DNA from: Haliotis rufescens | Lineage: Eukaryota | DNA length: 64,000 nucleotides | Assembly: GCF_023055435.1 (NCBI RefSeq) | Contig: NW_025964124.1 | Location: 1,984,001-2,048,000 of the forward strand | Direction: 5' to 3' | Shown here: piece by piece, positions 25,201 through 38,394 of the stretch | Layout: each line of letters starts with the position of its first letter | Position numbering within the stretch: position 1 is the first letter of the stretch | Made by a program: the position numbers and the translations under genes | The notes under the pieces: generated by a model | Told to the model about the DNA's origin: nothing | Seen by the model: only the letters and a program-made list of their open reading frames with translations | The model's database searches: none

Positions 25201-28117
25201 CAAACATGTGTTCTGGGATATTTCAGAGAGATTACGGAGGATAAAGCAAGACATAGAGAGAGAGACAACTGCTTTGCAAGAGAGGGTGGAAAAAAAGTAC
25301 CACTTGCCACCAGGGAAGCTGCTGACAATACTTGATGAGGTGCTGATATTTCTTGACCACAGACAAGAGGTAATATATATCACATGATCTAGGATATTAT
25401 ACTTTTTCATTACCCATATCTTTCTTATTGTACAAGTCAAATGGACATACTTCCTCCGCTGAAATATAGCGTAACTCTGCACTCATGTGGGCATTGGGGT
25501 TCAGAGTACGCATATCACACCAGCTGTATGGACTGGGGATCTGAAAGCCAGGCTCTCTGATCATCATCCTCCTGCGATGGCATATGCTATTGCTCCAGGT
25601 TTCGGTTACAGTATTATCTGAATCAGATTCGATTATTTACAGGAAAAAGGTGACATAAATTGAAAATTGCTAATTAACACTGAAAGGTAAAAGTATGTAG
25701 GCACCATTTCAGGTTATAACCCAGAGGCTAGAAACGGTCTTCCTAACACCGACAAAACTTCAAAAGAAGCTGTTATTTCAGTAAAGATTAGACAGATACC
25801 ATTCATGTGTGGCTACCGACAAAGGGTTTAATGTTTATGTTGATGTTTATGATTATGTTGCAATTACAAAAGGTGACATCTGACTCAAAGGAAATTATGC
25901 AACTTTGAAGAACTACTTTGATTACAAGTAAAACATCAATTTAATGTTTCAAAGGCATTTCTCAGGGGTGTACTGATGACTAAGTCAGACACAATCAATG
26001 TAGAAATTATTACATCTATCACAGTAAAATAAAGAAGTTGTTACCCATAAATCATAATAATTTATATATTCTGTATATACTGATATATCAACAAGCAGCT
26101 ACAGCATCGAAGCAAGCCCACGCTAATATGTGCTGTCCCTGCCAATTAATTGAATAACACCAAATTCGAAACAATCGCGATGGTAAATGAAGATATCGCG
26201 ATGGTAATCATCATTTCCCTCTTACAATTCTGAAATGTTTTGGGGTTAACCTAAAACAGTCCTCCCATCTTGAAAACCATTGCTTTAGTTTTATCTAAAT
26301 TAACATGTAAATATTAGTCAATGCAATATTTCTCCAAAACATTCGTTTCTGCCAATATCTAACAGGATAATTCCTTCTGCCAATCATAAAGGTAACAATC
26401 GCGTCAGACGAGGGTGTTAGATTCCTGTTTAGAAATGGACTGACTCCAAGTGGACATGGAGTTATGAGTTATCAAATCTGACACAATATCTTACTGACTT
26501 ATGGATTGATTGAACACATCCTATGTTGGTTTTTGTTTCAGATACACGTTTTTCTTTTAGGACTATGCGCGGATTATTACGATTAATACTGGCGAGAATT
26601 GAAAAAATCCACAAACAGTTGATAAATAGACAGTAATTTTCGAGTGGAATGACGGATTAAATGTCCAGAGTGAAATTAAAGTTGTAAGTGCTGAGCCGTT
26701 TAATTAAGAAACTTTAAAGACAAGAAACATGAAGCGAAGTCGCATTTCATCATATTAATACGTGTGTGAAATGGCACCGAATTTGTGGAATTTTACCTGA
26801 TCATATAAAATAGACACTCAACACTAAGATTCCGCAAATGCGAAATAGTTCGCTTGAGAGGCATTAGTCCTTCGAAAATTAAAGCAATATGGTGGCGATA
26901 AATATACATTTTGATTCATGTATGATAGTACAAAAATGAATTCAAAATGAGTTGGCATTGTTGCTTGAGCTTGTGTCTTACGTTTTGAAACAACTGTCAA
27001 TGTCACTTTCTTTCGATCTCTCGCCCACTGTCATAGAATCCGTTTTATACTGCGACAAGATCTTCACAAGATTGTTCACTTTTATCGTGGATAGGAATAT
27101 TGACTTTTTTTAAATGCAAGGATAGCTGACGATTTAGTCAATCACATTTACTGTACTTAAATCTTTTTTTTTTATCTTTGTATAGTCCATTATTGTAAAC
27201 AACATGTGTTACTGATATGTTTTTGTCATTAATAAAAACAATATTTTTAGAACGAATTATGTTGTAGATATTAAAAGACAAAACTCAAACACTTGTTTTT
27301 TTAAAATCATGAATGAACATGGAAATGAGAAATAAGTAGTTCCGGCCATGCAGTATTAACCAATGAGGTTACAGGATTTTTTAAACAGCTGATCGGCTTT
27401 AAAGCGACTGTTTGAATGTAAGGGTACAGGAAAAAAAATACCCCGCATCTCCCTTCTGATATGGCTTATAAAGCTTTTGCTTACCTGGACATCATTCAAT
27501 TATGACTGTAATATCCAGACTGGGATTTTATAATGTGTGCATACGCAGTACACCAATATATTGATATTAAGGACAGACACGTTGAGTTTACAGTTTACAG
27601 TTGGATGGACATCTCCCTGCTTGTGTAATGGAACAGTTTACTGGCTCCCCAGGAGTATGCTTTTTCAGCATTAAATATAACTGTAAGGTGTGTGACAAGA
27701 ATATCACTGGCATATTTAAAGAATTCAGCAATTAATAAGTCATTGCCAGCTGATTTAGAATATTTGCGGGTATTAATACTACGGATTACTTCGTCTTGTG
27801 GTCCATGTCAACAGTGTCAATAAATTCTTGACACGATCCGTCAATATCCAAGATATTTAGGAAAAGCACCATCCATTGACTCATTGATTTCTGTCTCGTC
27901 GCACAATTTTAGATGATTCCAGTCATCAACATTCTTGCAATGTCAATATACTGCATTAACCCCATTCAAAATTGGTTTGGAAGCACGATCTAGGAGTCTA
28001 GAAGATTGTTGGCCCAAGTTGTACAAGAGATACTGCTACTCTTCATACAAGACTTTACAGGATCATTTTTCATATTTTACAGGCAGCTGCAACTTCAGAA
28101 ATAAAGGGGAAATGTAA
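22249..28117 (+). CDS. Uncharacterised multi-exon protein; exons 22249-22450, 22762-22961, 23104-23167, 23328-25004, 25227-25369 and a probable last exon 27923-28117 (alternative 27913-27993)
   Basis: Five consecutive GT-AG exons stay in frame (phases 1,0,1,1,0). The product has a globular N-domain, a 14-aa repeat tract and a helical C-terminal part. The last exon and true start are uncertain. Confidence 0.75.
23429..24310 (+). repeat. Coding minisatellite, 21 near-perfect 42-bp units encoding (N/H)SQVDKGSSACFDA, with degenerate units continuing to ~24960
   Basis: Direct count from the translation; no indels across the homogeneous array. Confidence 0.95.
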
Positions 28118-28183
28118 GTTTATGACGGAAGTATATTATCAGAGAATAACATCAGGAGTATTGTAACAGTTTCCCTCGTGATA

Positions 28184-28260
28184 GTGAGTGAGTGAGTAGG
28201 GTTTTACGCCGCCTTTAGCAATATTCCAGCAATATCACGGCGGGGGACCCCAGAAATTGG
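28184..28260 (-). mobile_element. 5'-truncated SINE
   Basis: Only the 3' tail part of the short family; TSD-like CCCTC(G/A)TGATAG. Confidence 0.75.
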
Positions 28261-29355
28261 CCCCTCATGATAGAGTGAATAATGATGGGGGATGTAATTT
28301 AACATTCATTGCAGGTGTAACTTGCAAGGTTCATAAAACGTTGTCATTATCAGTATTTTGCTAATGGCACACGTATATATTAGTCACCTTTAACGTTTGT
28401 AATATTATAAGAATATAATAGAAAGATTACATGCATACTAAGTGATGTTCAAATATACACCAAGAATGTTGAGCAAAATCAATACCATTAAGTTTCTGTA
28501 TGCCATCTTACTAACTTCCTAACAATGTGACGCCTATGCATTTACTGACAATTTGTTTTGTGGGTGTAGATGTGATTATAATGAAAGTTCTAAACTACTC
28601 CAGCTCTGCTCGGACACGAAATGGCCGGCACAATTGAGAACAGACTAGCGCTGGATACAGGGTCACTAAATAACATCTTACAAGCTGTGCTAAAGGTACC
28701 ATTCATGTCAGATCTGTTAATTTCTGAAAGTACACAACTCTGCACAGGTAATTCTGGCGAATTGGCGCTCCTTTGTTACAAGGACGATACATTACTGTAG
28801 TTCTATGTTTTCGACAACCCAGAGTTCAGTTTCATGTAAATGTAAATTGAATTCACATTTTTTCTACAGAAAATCAACTTATCTGAATTGATTAGAGTAA
28901 GCTGCTTGTCTTATTTCATATAATGTTTTGGAGCTTATCAGTGGTGGCCATATGGGAGAAACGCTACAGATGTCGCCATGATATGCACGTGTGACCTGTG
29001 TGTTGAATGTTTCAGGAACCGGTGAAGTGGTGGAAGAAGTTGTTCTTTTGGAGATGAAAGTGACACATGGCGCATCCACATGGGCAAACTGAAGATAACA
29101 GATACATGTACATGACGGAGGAACACAATGAATGTCAGTTTCAGATCTTGTAAAATCTGTAGGATGATAAATATCAACAACTTAACTACCAGCATAATTG
29201 AGGGATATTTGCAGCAAGTTAGGTCATTGTCAGCAATATTCCAGATATACCACGTCAAACTACACATGATTGAATCTTGGGCCAGGCAAACCAGGAGCAT
29301 CTCTGTTCCATTTAAGAATCAAAATTTGAGTCTGGGTCAAGCAATGCAGTAGCGA

Positions 29356-29940
29356 GTAAGGATAAGAATCATGGATGAACAACTTCTGTATTACAATTAG
29401 GAGGGGGCACGGGTGGCCCAGTCGTCTAAGGCGCCGCGATTCGCTGTGCAGAGTTGCGTCCCTTGGGCACGCCAGAAACCTATGATTGTGGGTTCGAATC
29501 CCGGTTCGCCCCGATTATGTTTCTAGGTTTGTCAGCACCATACCCGTGCTCGTGGGTTTCACCAAAGTGGTAAACGTCTGAGACCTGCATCACTTCGGGC
29601 TTTCCTCCCACATTAAACTGACACGCCGTGATATAACTGGAATACTGTTAATAGCGGCGTTAAACCCAACTCACTCACTCACTCACTACAATTAAGAGCG
29701 ACGTTTCGGTGTAGGTTATCAAGCAAGTGATTGGGAGAGTGGATGTACTTATTCTCAAGGTTGTTGAGTCGATTGATGGTTGAGATGCCACGTTCTCATG
29801 GAGACGAGGAAAAACCTCTTTGATAGGCATTTAGAAGTTCTAAGTTCTAAGTAAGGATAAGAATTTATGTATGAACAACTTCTTTATTACAATTAAGAGC
29901 GACGTTTCGGTGAAGGTTCTAACACCGTTATCGTGCAAGA
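29356..29940 (-). mobile_element. Penelope-like terminal direct repeats with hammerhead-like motif
   Basis: GTAAGGATAAGAAT…TACAATTAAGAGCGACGTTTCGGTG occurs twice (29356-29720, split by the SINE, and 29851-29940); homologous to 52853-52930. Confidence 0.55.
29402..29686 (+). mobile_element. tRNA-derived SINE (long family)
   Basis: A/B boxes, (ACTC)n tail, TSD TACAATTA(G/A)GAG; inserted into a Penelope-type terminal repeat. Confidence 0.88.
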
Positions 29941-31422
29941 GAATGCAGTATATCACGTCGGCAGTCTGTAAATTGTTTAGCAGTACAATCCATATACCAT
30001 GTCAGTCTGTAAATAATTGCGTAATATACTCTTTATAATGGTTCAGCAGTTGAATCTATATACCTTTTCAAGCTGTAAATATCTGATCAATAGAGTCTAT
30101 ATTAATGTCAGAGTGTAACCGATTTAGCAGTAGAATCTATATACCATGTCAGACTGTACATGATTGTGTCTGGGACTGACAAACCAGATATATCTATAAA
30201 CCATGACAGGCTGGAAACGAATTGATCTGTTGTTTTATATATATCCAGGTAAAGAAATCATTTGACCACTACCGCCATCATGGTTATATTCCCATAAAAA
30301 TTAACTTCAAAAAATCCTTTATTCTTTTTAAAGGCTCAATTAATGTAAAGGAAAACAAGCAATGCTAACAAACCGAATACAGCACAGAGTCTTGAGTTGC
30401 ACATAGGAAATCAGTTTGACTTCAAAATTACTCAGGTTTAAGAGATTACCGAACCTCAAACTCACGAATGTTGCGAGAACATATTACAATAGTAGCTGTG
30501 ATCAGTGACCATCTGATTCCTGTGAAAGTGGTGACAATATTACTGCAGCACGGCAACACAGCAAATAATTGATAATTTAGCCAGTATATGTTTTATCCCT
30601 CCGGCCATTGGACAATTTCGCCGCATCGCTGCATCGCTGCATCGCCGTATCCACCTTGTGATGCCGGCTATGTCATCATCGCGTGTTAATAAATCAGTAA
30701 CAATTAGTGCTGACAACATCTGTTCTCAAAAAGGTAAGAGTACCCTGTCCCATGCGGCATCCGTCACAAGCACCTGCAAAGCCAAGCTAGTCCTAATATC
30801 AGTGGAGAGCCTGTTTGGAGTGGGATGTGTCCTTGTATCAATGTGGAGCCAGTTAGGGTGGGTTACCCTGTTGTATCAGTTGAGAAGGGTCCTTCCTTCA
30901 ACATCATAAGGACAATACGTTTAAGACCTGAGAGACCCTGAGAGCATTTACATTGTTAAACGAATTAACTAACAGGCAAGTCATCAGCTACGATATGCTT
31001 TCAGCAGTATTCCAGCTACATGGCAGTGGCTGCTACATGAACCAGGTTCGATGGCAATATTGGCTTATATTAACATTGACCGTTTTGTCTTGTTGTGTAG
31101 GTATATTTACAACTTAGTGGCGAGACAGCCAGGCAGTATGCTTGTCACCCGCGTGTTCAGGATGAGTAACGCGGGCAACACCTGGAAACACACCATACCA
31201 CGCTTCACGGCGGCGTTATTCTCGGTGACAGTGGACACGCATGTCGTCCGTATATAAAGATATCTTCCCCGAGCGATTTAACTCTTCCCATTAAAGAACA
31301 GATCAACCATAGAAAGAGTATTTAGGTGGTTCAAACAAAGTTTCCATGTTCTGCACGGTGAAATCAGGATTAGCCCTGAGAGTCTGCACCATCATTGGTT
31401 AGCTTACTACGATAATAATGTA

Positions 31423-32821
31423 CTGAACCGCAAATGAACCGTCACCCCGAGTAACATTGCATGAAAAGTTGTCATTTAAATATCTGGGTAATTGTTGTCA
31501 AAGTTTCTAAAATTTAACATTACCTTACCCGGAAAAATGAATGTTGATGATCATAAAACAAAGCAGATGACAACAAAACCGATCGCCCAAACGCATCACG
31601 GCAACCGCCTTGGTAATCCGATGCACGTGAGTTTCGTGCAAATTGAAATGCATATGCGTTCCCCCATTTCTTGCCCTATAAAAATCCACCCAGATCAGAT
31701 AAGATTCATTCGTTATTGAATTGCTACCACATGCCAAGATTTACATGAAATCAGCGACACCAAGCCCCTGAACGCTTGCAAGCTGGACAAACCGCCCGAC
31801 AAGTAGACCAATGCATTTCAAGTCCACGTAAGGACCATATACAGGCTCCAGCAACGGTAAACTGCTCGACAGGCCATGGGGACACACCAGCCACACATTA
31901 GTGCGGACACCGTGCGTCGATGATTGACGAGCAGACAACTCCATTGTCACAGGCCACACCGAGGACCCATTCTGACACCACGTCATCTCCGTGACCGTCT
32001 TCAGTGGGCAACACAGCACCAGCATTGGCGCCACCAACAGTGCAGAGGAGTCCTCTTCTCAGACGAGAGCCGTTACGGTATCTCAGCAGCAGATGGCAGT
32101 GAGAGAGAGAGCGTCTGGCGACGCCATGGGGAACATTATTTGGATACTTGTGTTGTTGAGAGAGACTCGTGGGGTGGTCCGAGCATCATAGTGTGGGGTG
32201 GAATTGGTCTTGCACAGAAGGTCGGCCCTGTGGTCTTCCATAGAGGCAATGGTGTCACAGCAGCTCGGTACATTGAACAAGTCTAGATACCACACGCCAT
32301 ACCTCATTTGGCACGTTGCCACAACCATGAGTTTCAGCATGATAACGCCCGTGCCCCCACTGCGAGAGCAACAAGAGACTTCCTCCAGCAGAATGGTATC
32401 AAAACCATGCAGTGGCCTTCTCTCAGTCCCGATTTAAATCCCATTGGGGCGAAATTCAAAGACGTCTGAATGACGTCCGACCAAGGCCGACAACTGCAGC
32501 TGAACTGCGTCAGGCGTTCGTCAGAATGTGGGCTCAAGTACCCATGGCCTTCACAAACCGCCTCATCCATTCCATCTATCGACGTTGCACGGCAGTCATC
32601 AATGCACATAGCGGACACACGAGATACTGACTTGTGATGCAATTTTCTCAGAGACTAGCGTTGTGTTTCACTTTAAGAACATTTGGCACTTTAAGTTCAA
32701 CCTTGATCATCAGTTTTGCCAAGTTTCATCTTTTTAATATGTCTCAAAGTATGTTTACAGTGTTTGGACAAATAAGGTTCCTCATATATCTATGCATGGA
32801 GACGTTTCTTTTGCGGTTCAG
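31423..32821 (+). mobile_element. Tc1 transposon with degenerate transposase
   Basis: TA flanks; TIR CTGAACCGCAAA(T/A)GAA(C/A)CGTC; ATG at 31731 (MPRF), VLFSDESRY, WGGI, FQHDNARAP, SPDLNP, HSGHTRY; several frameshifts. Confidence 0.92.
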
Positions 32822-33059
32822 TATATAAAGATGACATCAATTTGAAACTGACCCATGTATAAGATCCGAAAAGTGTACCATAAAGAAAGTAACGAAGTAA
32901 AATGAATGACAATGTTTTAGGTTTGCAAGTACCCCCAAGCCGCATTTATAGCTTGAATAGGGCCAACAATGGCGGGAAACACACCCATTGTTACAGGAGA
33001 ATCGAATTATAACGATACTGTAAATAATATATACAGATGCATACGCAAAGAACACCCGG

Positions 33060-33560
33060 CAAGGTAACATTTCAAATATGGTGCATCATGCTATCCAGCT
33101 ACAATCGGAGCTGCTTGTTCATCAGTTCAAAGTAAGTACTTTGCTGAATAACTTTGTTTTTTTGTTCAGGCAAAACCTCATGCTGCAGTCGGGTGATGTC
33201 ATCGTGTTTGATCCTTTTCTTGGTGACACGATTCGATTTTGAAACAGTCGGGAACAAAGGCTTGAACAAAAACAGTTTTTGTAACTACCTCTAAAGCCTG
33301 AAGGCATGTACTGGATTCCAAAGCTCTCTAAAAATCCGTACAAAGACAGATATATTGCTGGGTCAAGCAAATGTACCACCAAATCCCTGTCTCAAAGATT
33401 AACCCATAGTCCTTAATACAAGCAAGGAAGGACATGTGGAATTAATACATGTGAATTCTGAAAAACTCAAAGAATTTCCTTTACTTTCAACAATCTCAAA
33501 AATGAAACAAGATCAATTCTGTGAAAGATTGGATATTTTAACTTTGCCTCAGTAGAGCTT
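33060..33560 (+). mobile_element. Penelope-like RT N-terminal remnant
   Basis: MYWIPKLSKNPYKDRYIAGSSKCTTK readable at ~33305-33385. Confidence 0.6.
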
Positions 33561-34986
33561 TTAAAACGTTTTATGGCTGACATCTGGAGGCAATTTCCAA
33601 ATTTGACATCAGTGACAAAAATGATGTCCGATGCAATTCCTATTTTTATCTTCTACTGTATGTTCCCTTGTTGGTTTTTTCATGTTAACCATTGGTTTGC
33701 CTTTGTATGTGTTTGTGACGGGTGCAACCGTTGGGGCAGGATATGCACACTTATTCGTAAACACCTTGTATCATTACGTTTTGATAGTGGTTCATAAACA
33801 CATGCTCATGATATCGATTCTGCTTTTGGCAGATATTTTTTTTATGAATTTAGAAAGAGTTGTGACACTTTAACTCCCATAGGTATCCCGTTCGCAATGG
33901 ACACGTTGATGTGACGCAAGTCAGGTCGCCGTCGTCTCACACTCATAAAAGTACAGCCTGCCTTCTAGAAACTGCTACCTCATAGAACAGCTCGACCAAT
34001 CAAGTTAGTCCCGGAAGCGGACCGACGACTGAAAACAATTACTAAGAGAGATAACTCTAAACTACTAGCTGTCAAGGTCCCTACAAGAGCCTCAATCAAA
34101 TTGTCTCAAACAATACTACTACCCATAACAAAACTACCGCCACATATCAACATGAAATATGCAAACGCCAATGTAGATAGTAGATAATGTAATAGATAAT
34201 GACACCCTGTAATCTACAAAACAATGACATTATACACAGAAGTACACATATATATTGATACAATACAAAGCGACCATTCATTTCATATAAACATACGCCT
34301 ATATTCTGTACATAAACATGAACTTAATAAGCAGTGATATATAAAATCATTATCTTATACAGTATTTACACAATTATAAGAAATCAACGCATTCACTCAA
34401 ACATTCACACACAGAAAGAAGAAGGATAAGAAGCATTTATAGTGTTTACTTAGCCTTATTTAATTATCAACAATCACCATACCAGAGATAAGCATGTTAA
34501 TCATACTGAAATAACATTCCACATAACTTAGATAGCATAAGTTATATATATTATACAAATACATACATAGATATAAGCTAGCAATTTTATAGATTACTAA
34601 CCTTAACAATCGAATTATTTATCTAAAGTATTGTTCAGCTCCAAAATGTTGACTGACTTCTAAAGTGGTGTTTGTGTCTAGCGGAAGATGGATGAAAAGT
34701 GAACAGTTTGAACAAGCCAATGAAAACAAGGCTTGGATTAAAACAAAAGAAGAAACAATGACACAAACATGGACTAACCCAACCACCCTCTTCATTATAA
34801 GTAAACTAATCTAGAAGCCCACAATAAATATTAAACTAGGAAACTACTTTACTAACAACTTAAAATAATATTACAGACTTATTTCAAATTGATAAAAAAG
34901 ATATGTACAACAAAACTGTATGTCAACACTTGTGTCTGCCACATCAAGAGGGAAGTGTGTCTCCTTCATTGACCGTGAAGTGATAT

Positions 34987-35142
34987 GAGTGAGTGAGTAT
35001 GGTTTTACGCTGCTTTTACCCATATCCAGCAATATCACGGACACCCGAAATGGGCTTCACACATTGTACCCATGTCGGAATCGAACCCGTATCATCTGCA
35101 CGACGAGCGAACGCTTTAACCACCAGGCTACCCGAGCGGCCC
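34987..35142 (-). mobile_element. tRNA-derived SINE (short family)
   Basis: Family homology; TSD TGATATGA. Confidence 0.85.
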
Positions 35143-36001
35143 TCAAATGATATGAATAGACCCCTGAAAAACATTGATGACACCAGATTTTCGCCAAATG
35201 GTAACATAAAGTGTTTGTTTGTTGCCTTACCCTTGCTATACTACGGAGGCATGTAAACCATCGAGCCTAGACCAGACAATCCAGTGATAGAGAATCTGCA
35301 CAAGGCAAACACTATATCACATCGCCATCGCTTGACGAGGTAGTTCATCTCACCATATTTGTGTTTTAATGAGTGTGGTATTTCCTAGGTTAAGCTGAAC
35401 AACAGCTAAATATGTTTAGACATATAAATACACTACTAGTCTACAATCTCTGTAGCCTTAAACATTACGGAAGTTGTTAACTGCACAACTCCATGAAAGG
35501 GTTACAGTGACCTGACTAACTCCGCCAAGAAATGCACTTCAATGCTGCGGTCATGTCCCACGTGTCAACCTTGGATATATGGTGCATGCATTCATTTCAA
35601 GGGGGGCTTGTTCTTTTGCTATCATCTTTGTGATCAGAGAGTATTGTGGTATCTCAATGGTGTCCTGTTGTGAAATTACCCTACATGTTTCTTCAAAAAC
35701 AGCTCAACCTTGAATGCATTGAATGTAGGTTGCCGAACTGTCTATTCCGTATAGTTATCATCATTGTCAGGTAGGGTGTGTGTGCGTGTTCTTTTATTAT
35801 CAGGGTATTATAGGATATGAAGAGGTGCATCTGCCTCACTTTGAACCAATGATTTGATGATTACCATACTTTGAATGTTAAGTCACCTTACGTTATGATT
35901 AGACGTTATTGTGATATCTCCAAGGAGACTATATCTCCTGCTGTGAGATTGTCTCACATGTTTCTTCCTCAACAACTTTACACAGAATATCTTTCGCTGA
36001 A

Positions 36002-36168
36002 AGTGAGTGAGTGATTTTGGTTTTACGCCGCTTTTAGCAATATTCCAGCAATAGCACGGCGGGGTACACCAGAAATGGACTTCACACATTGTACCCATGT
36101 CGGGAATCGAACCCGGGTCTTCGGCGTGACGAGCGAACGCTTTAACCAGTAGGCTACCCGACCGCCCC
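36002..36168 (-). mobile_element. tRNA-derived SINE (short family)
   Basis: Family homology; TSD TTCGCTG(A/C)AA. Confidence 0.88.
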
Positions 36169-37991
36169 TTCGCTGCAACTACAAGTTGTGTCCAGTCAAA
36201 CGGGTATGTGTGTGCCTCTGCCTAACTCGAACCCAGAGCAGGGATATTGTTGTGAAATCAATACATACAAACTCTCACCCCCATATTTAAGCCTGGACAG
36301 TGATAAGCCCATATGACAGACAGTCCTTGTTTTCCCCTTGAAATCAATTACTCATACTGTATATAATAGTTATATGGTTATGGTATGAATTCACATACTG
36401 TATTCCATATGCCTGCATGTGACTTGCTTGTTAAATACTTGACTCGTTCTCTTAAATTCTCCTCACAGGGACTTCCCAATCTTGATACCCTCAAACACAT
36501 CTGGCTTGAACATAAATAAAAAGATCTTTTTCATATCTCCTCAGGGTCGCACCAGCCAGCTGACTTGACAATCTCCATCACAGTATGTCAGTATATAGTT
36601 TTGTGTGGAACAATCATTCCTATAATGTGTATATGTTACACGGTGAAATATGCGTCTGCCAAACCCTTCACTCTTTGATACGTATTTACATATAGATCCA
36701 TTAATATTCATAGTTTATCGAAAACGAATGTAAACTTATAACCCCGCAGAAACAGACAGGAAAGTTCAGGACATCACAGCGGTGTTAGAATGAGTGGTGT
36801 ATTGGGTGTGTCATGATCCACCCACAGACGGGACAGAGGCAAAGTTGAGACCCCAGAGGACGACATACACACGACAACGCCAATACAATATTCAATGACA
36901 GTATCAAATACACAAACAATATGATGGCAGTGCTGATATTATGAGTAATGCACAACAGTGGTCAAGCTTCTAAGATAGGCGCTTGAAATTCGGGATGATA
37001 GGTGATCTTCACACAACCGCTATTCTTTATGTAATGTACGAAGAAATGTGAGATGAGACGGTGCCAGACCAGTCCAGTGTCACTTGAACCATGACAAAAT
37101 GTTCCACATTCTATAGTGTTCCATGTTTCTATGCTACATAATAACTTCCTCAGCACTGCTTACATTAAACAGTACTACATTCCTGACAACTAATCATTGT
37201 CCAAATACAATGCAATAAACTTCTACAATAACAATAAAATACACTGCCATATAACAATTTCGATCAGTGGAGGCTAATTGTTAAACTGTAGGATTAAATA
37301 GTTGTTACAATTTGTTATTACGATGATTTGTAAAAGTGTATTAAGATATTTCTGTTATATTTCTTGAAGGCTGGCGCAGGGACAATTCCCGACAGGGACA
37401 AATATCAGGGCATTTATCACAGGACTTGTTTTTCACTGCTGTTACCGATTGTGTTGCCTCCCGTGAATTTAAATCTGAGACGTTGTGTTTGAATATAATT
37501 TGTCAATCATTCATTGATCTTGTGTGGTAATTTACTGATTTCACAATTTAGTTCTTGTCTGGGTTAACGATCCCATTTCAATTATAGTAAATTATTTCGA
37601 GTGTTTTTGCCTGGCTGATAATCCTTACATAAGATGTTTTGATTTCAGAGTATCGCACACTCAACATGTGGTTTTAGTACATGTCAACCTATTTCTGATG
37701 TCATTAACACTTAAGCTTTTTCCCATTTATTTCAAAAGGTGTCGCTTAAAGGGACCTCCTTTAGCATTTGAAAGAACATTGGCTTAATCAACCAGACTTG
37801 AAATTGCTGGACTATAATTGAGTGGTATCTTTAGTTATCTGTTTTTGGTTATTATAAACAAACATGGCAGACTTGGTAAGACAGTTTCTCGAAGGCGGGC
37901 TGTACCCATACAAGTGCGACAAGAGGGCAATTCCAAGCCTTTTACAACTCATCGACAAGTTACTTGTTACCTCCTACTGGCATGTTTTCAT

Positions 37992-38251
37992 TGGTTGGTT
38001 TGTTGGCTGTTTAACGCCGCACTCAGCAATATTCCAGCTATATGACGGCGGTTTGAAAATATTCTGGACAAGACTATCCATTGATTGACATCAGGAGCAT
38101 CGATCAACGCAACTGGGATTGATGACATGCCTCAACCAAGTCAGCGAGCCTGACCACCCAATCCCTCTAGTCTCCTTTTACAACAAGCATAGTCACCTTT
38201 TACGGCAAGCATGGGTTGCTGAAGACCTATCTTACACCGGATCTTCACGGG
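37992..38251 (-). mobile_element. SINE-like repeat, third family (head CCCGTGAAGATCCG, (AACC/AAAC)n tail)
   Basis: Inverted homologue of 40444-40699; shares the …GCTGGAATATTGCTGAGTGCGGCGTTAAAC 3' end. Confidence 0.75.
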
Positions 38252-38394
38252 TATCATTTGCAGTGACAATGTCTCTGTTAAATGTAAATCAATATCCATT
38301 TACACTTAAAAGTAAATAGAAACAAATGTGCAAACTACATCTTGCATAATAATGATATTTATGTCTCGATAATTTATGGACAGTAAATGTAGTT

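Noticed and set aside
33860-34945. Possible solo LTR or A-rich element
   Set aside because: No second LTR, TSD or coding remnant could be confirmed.
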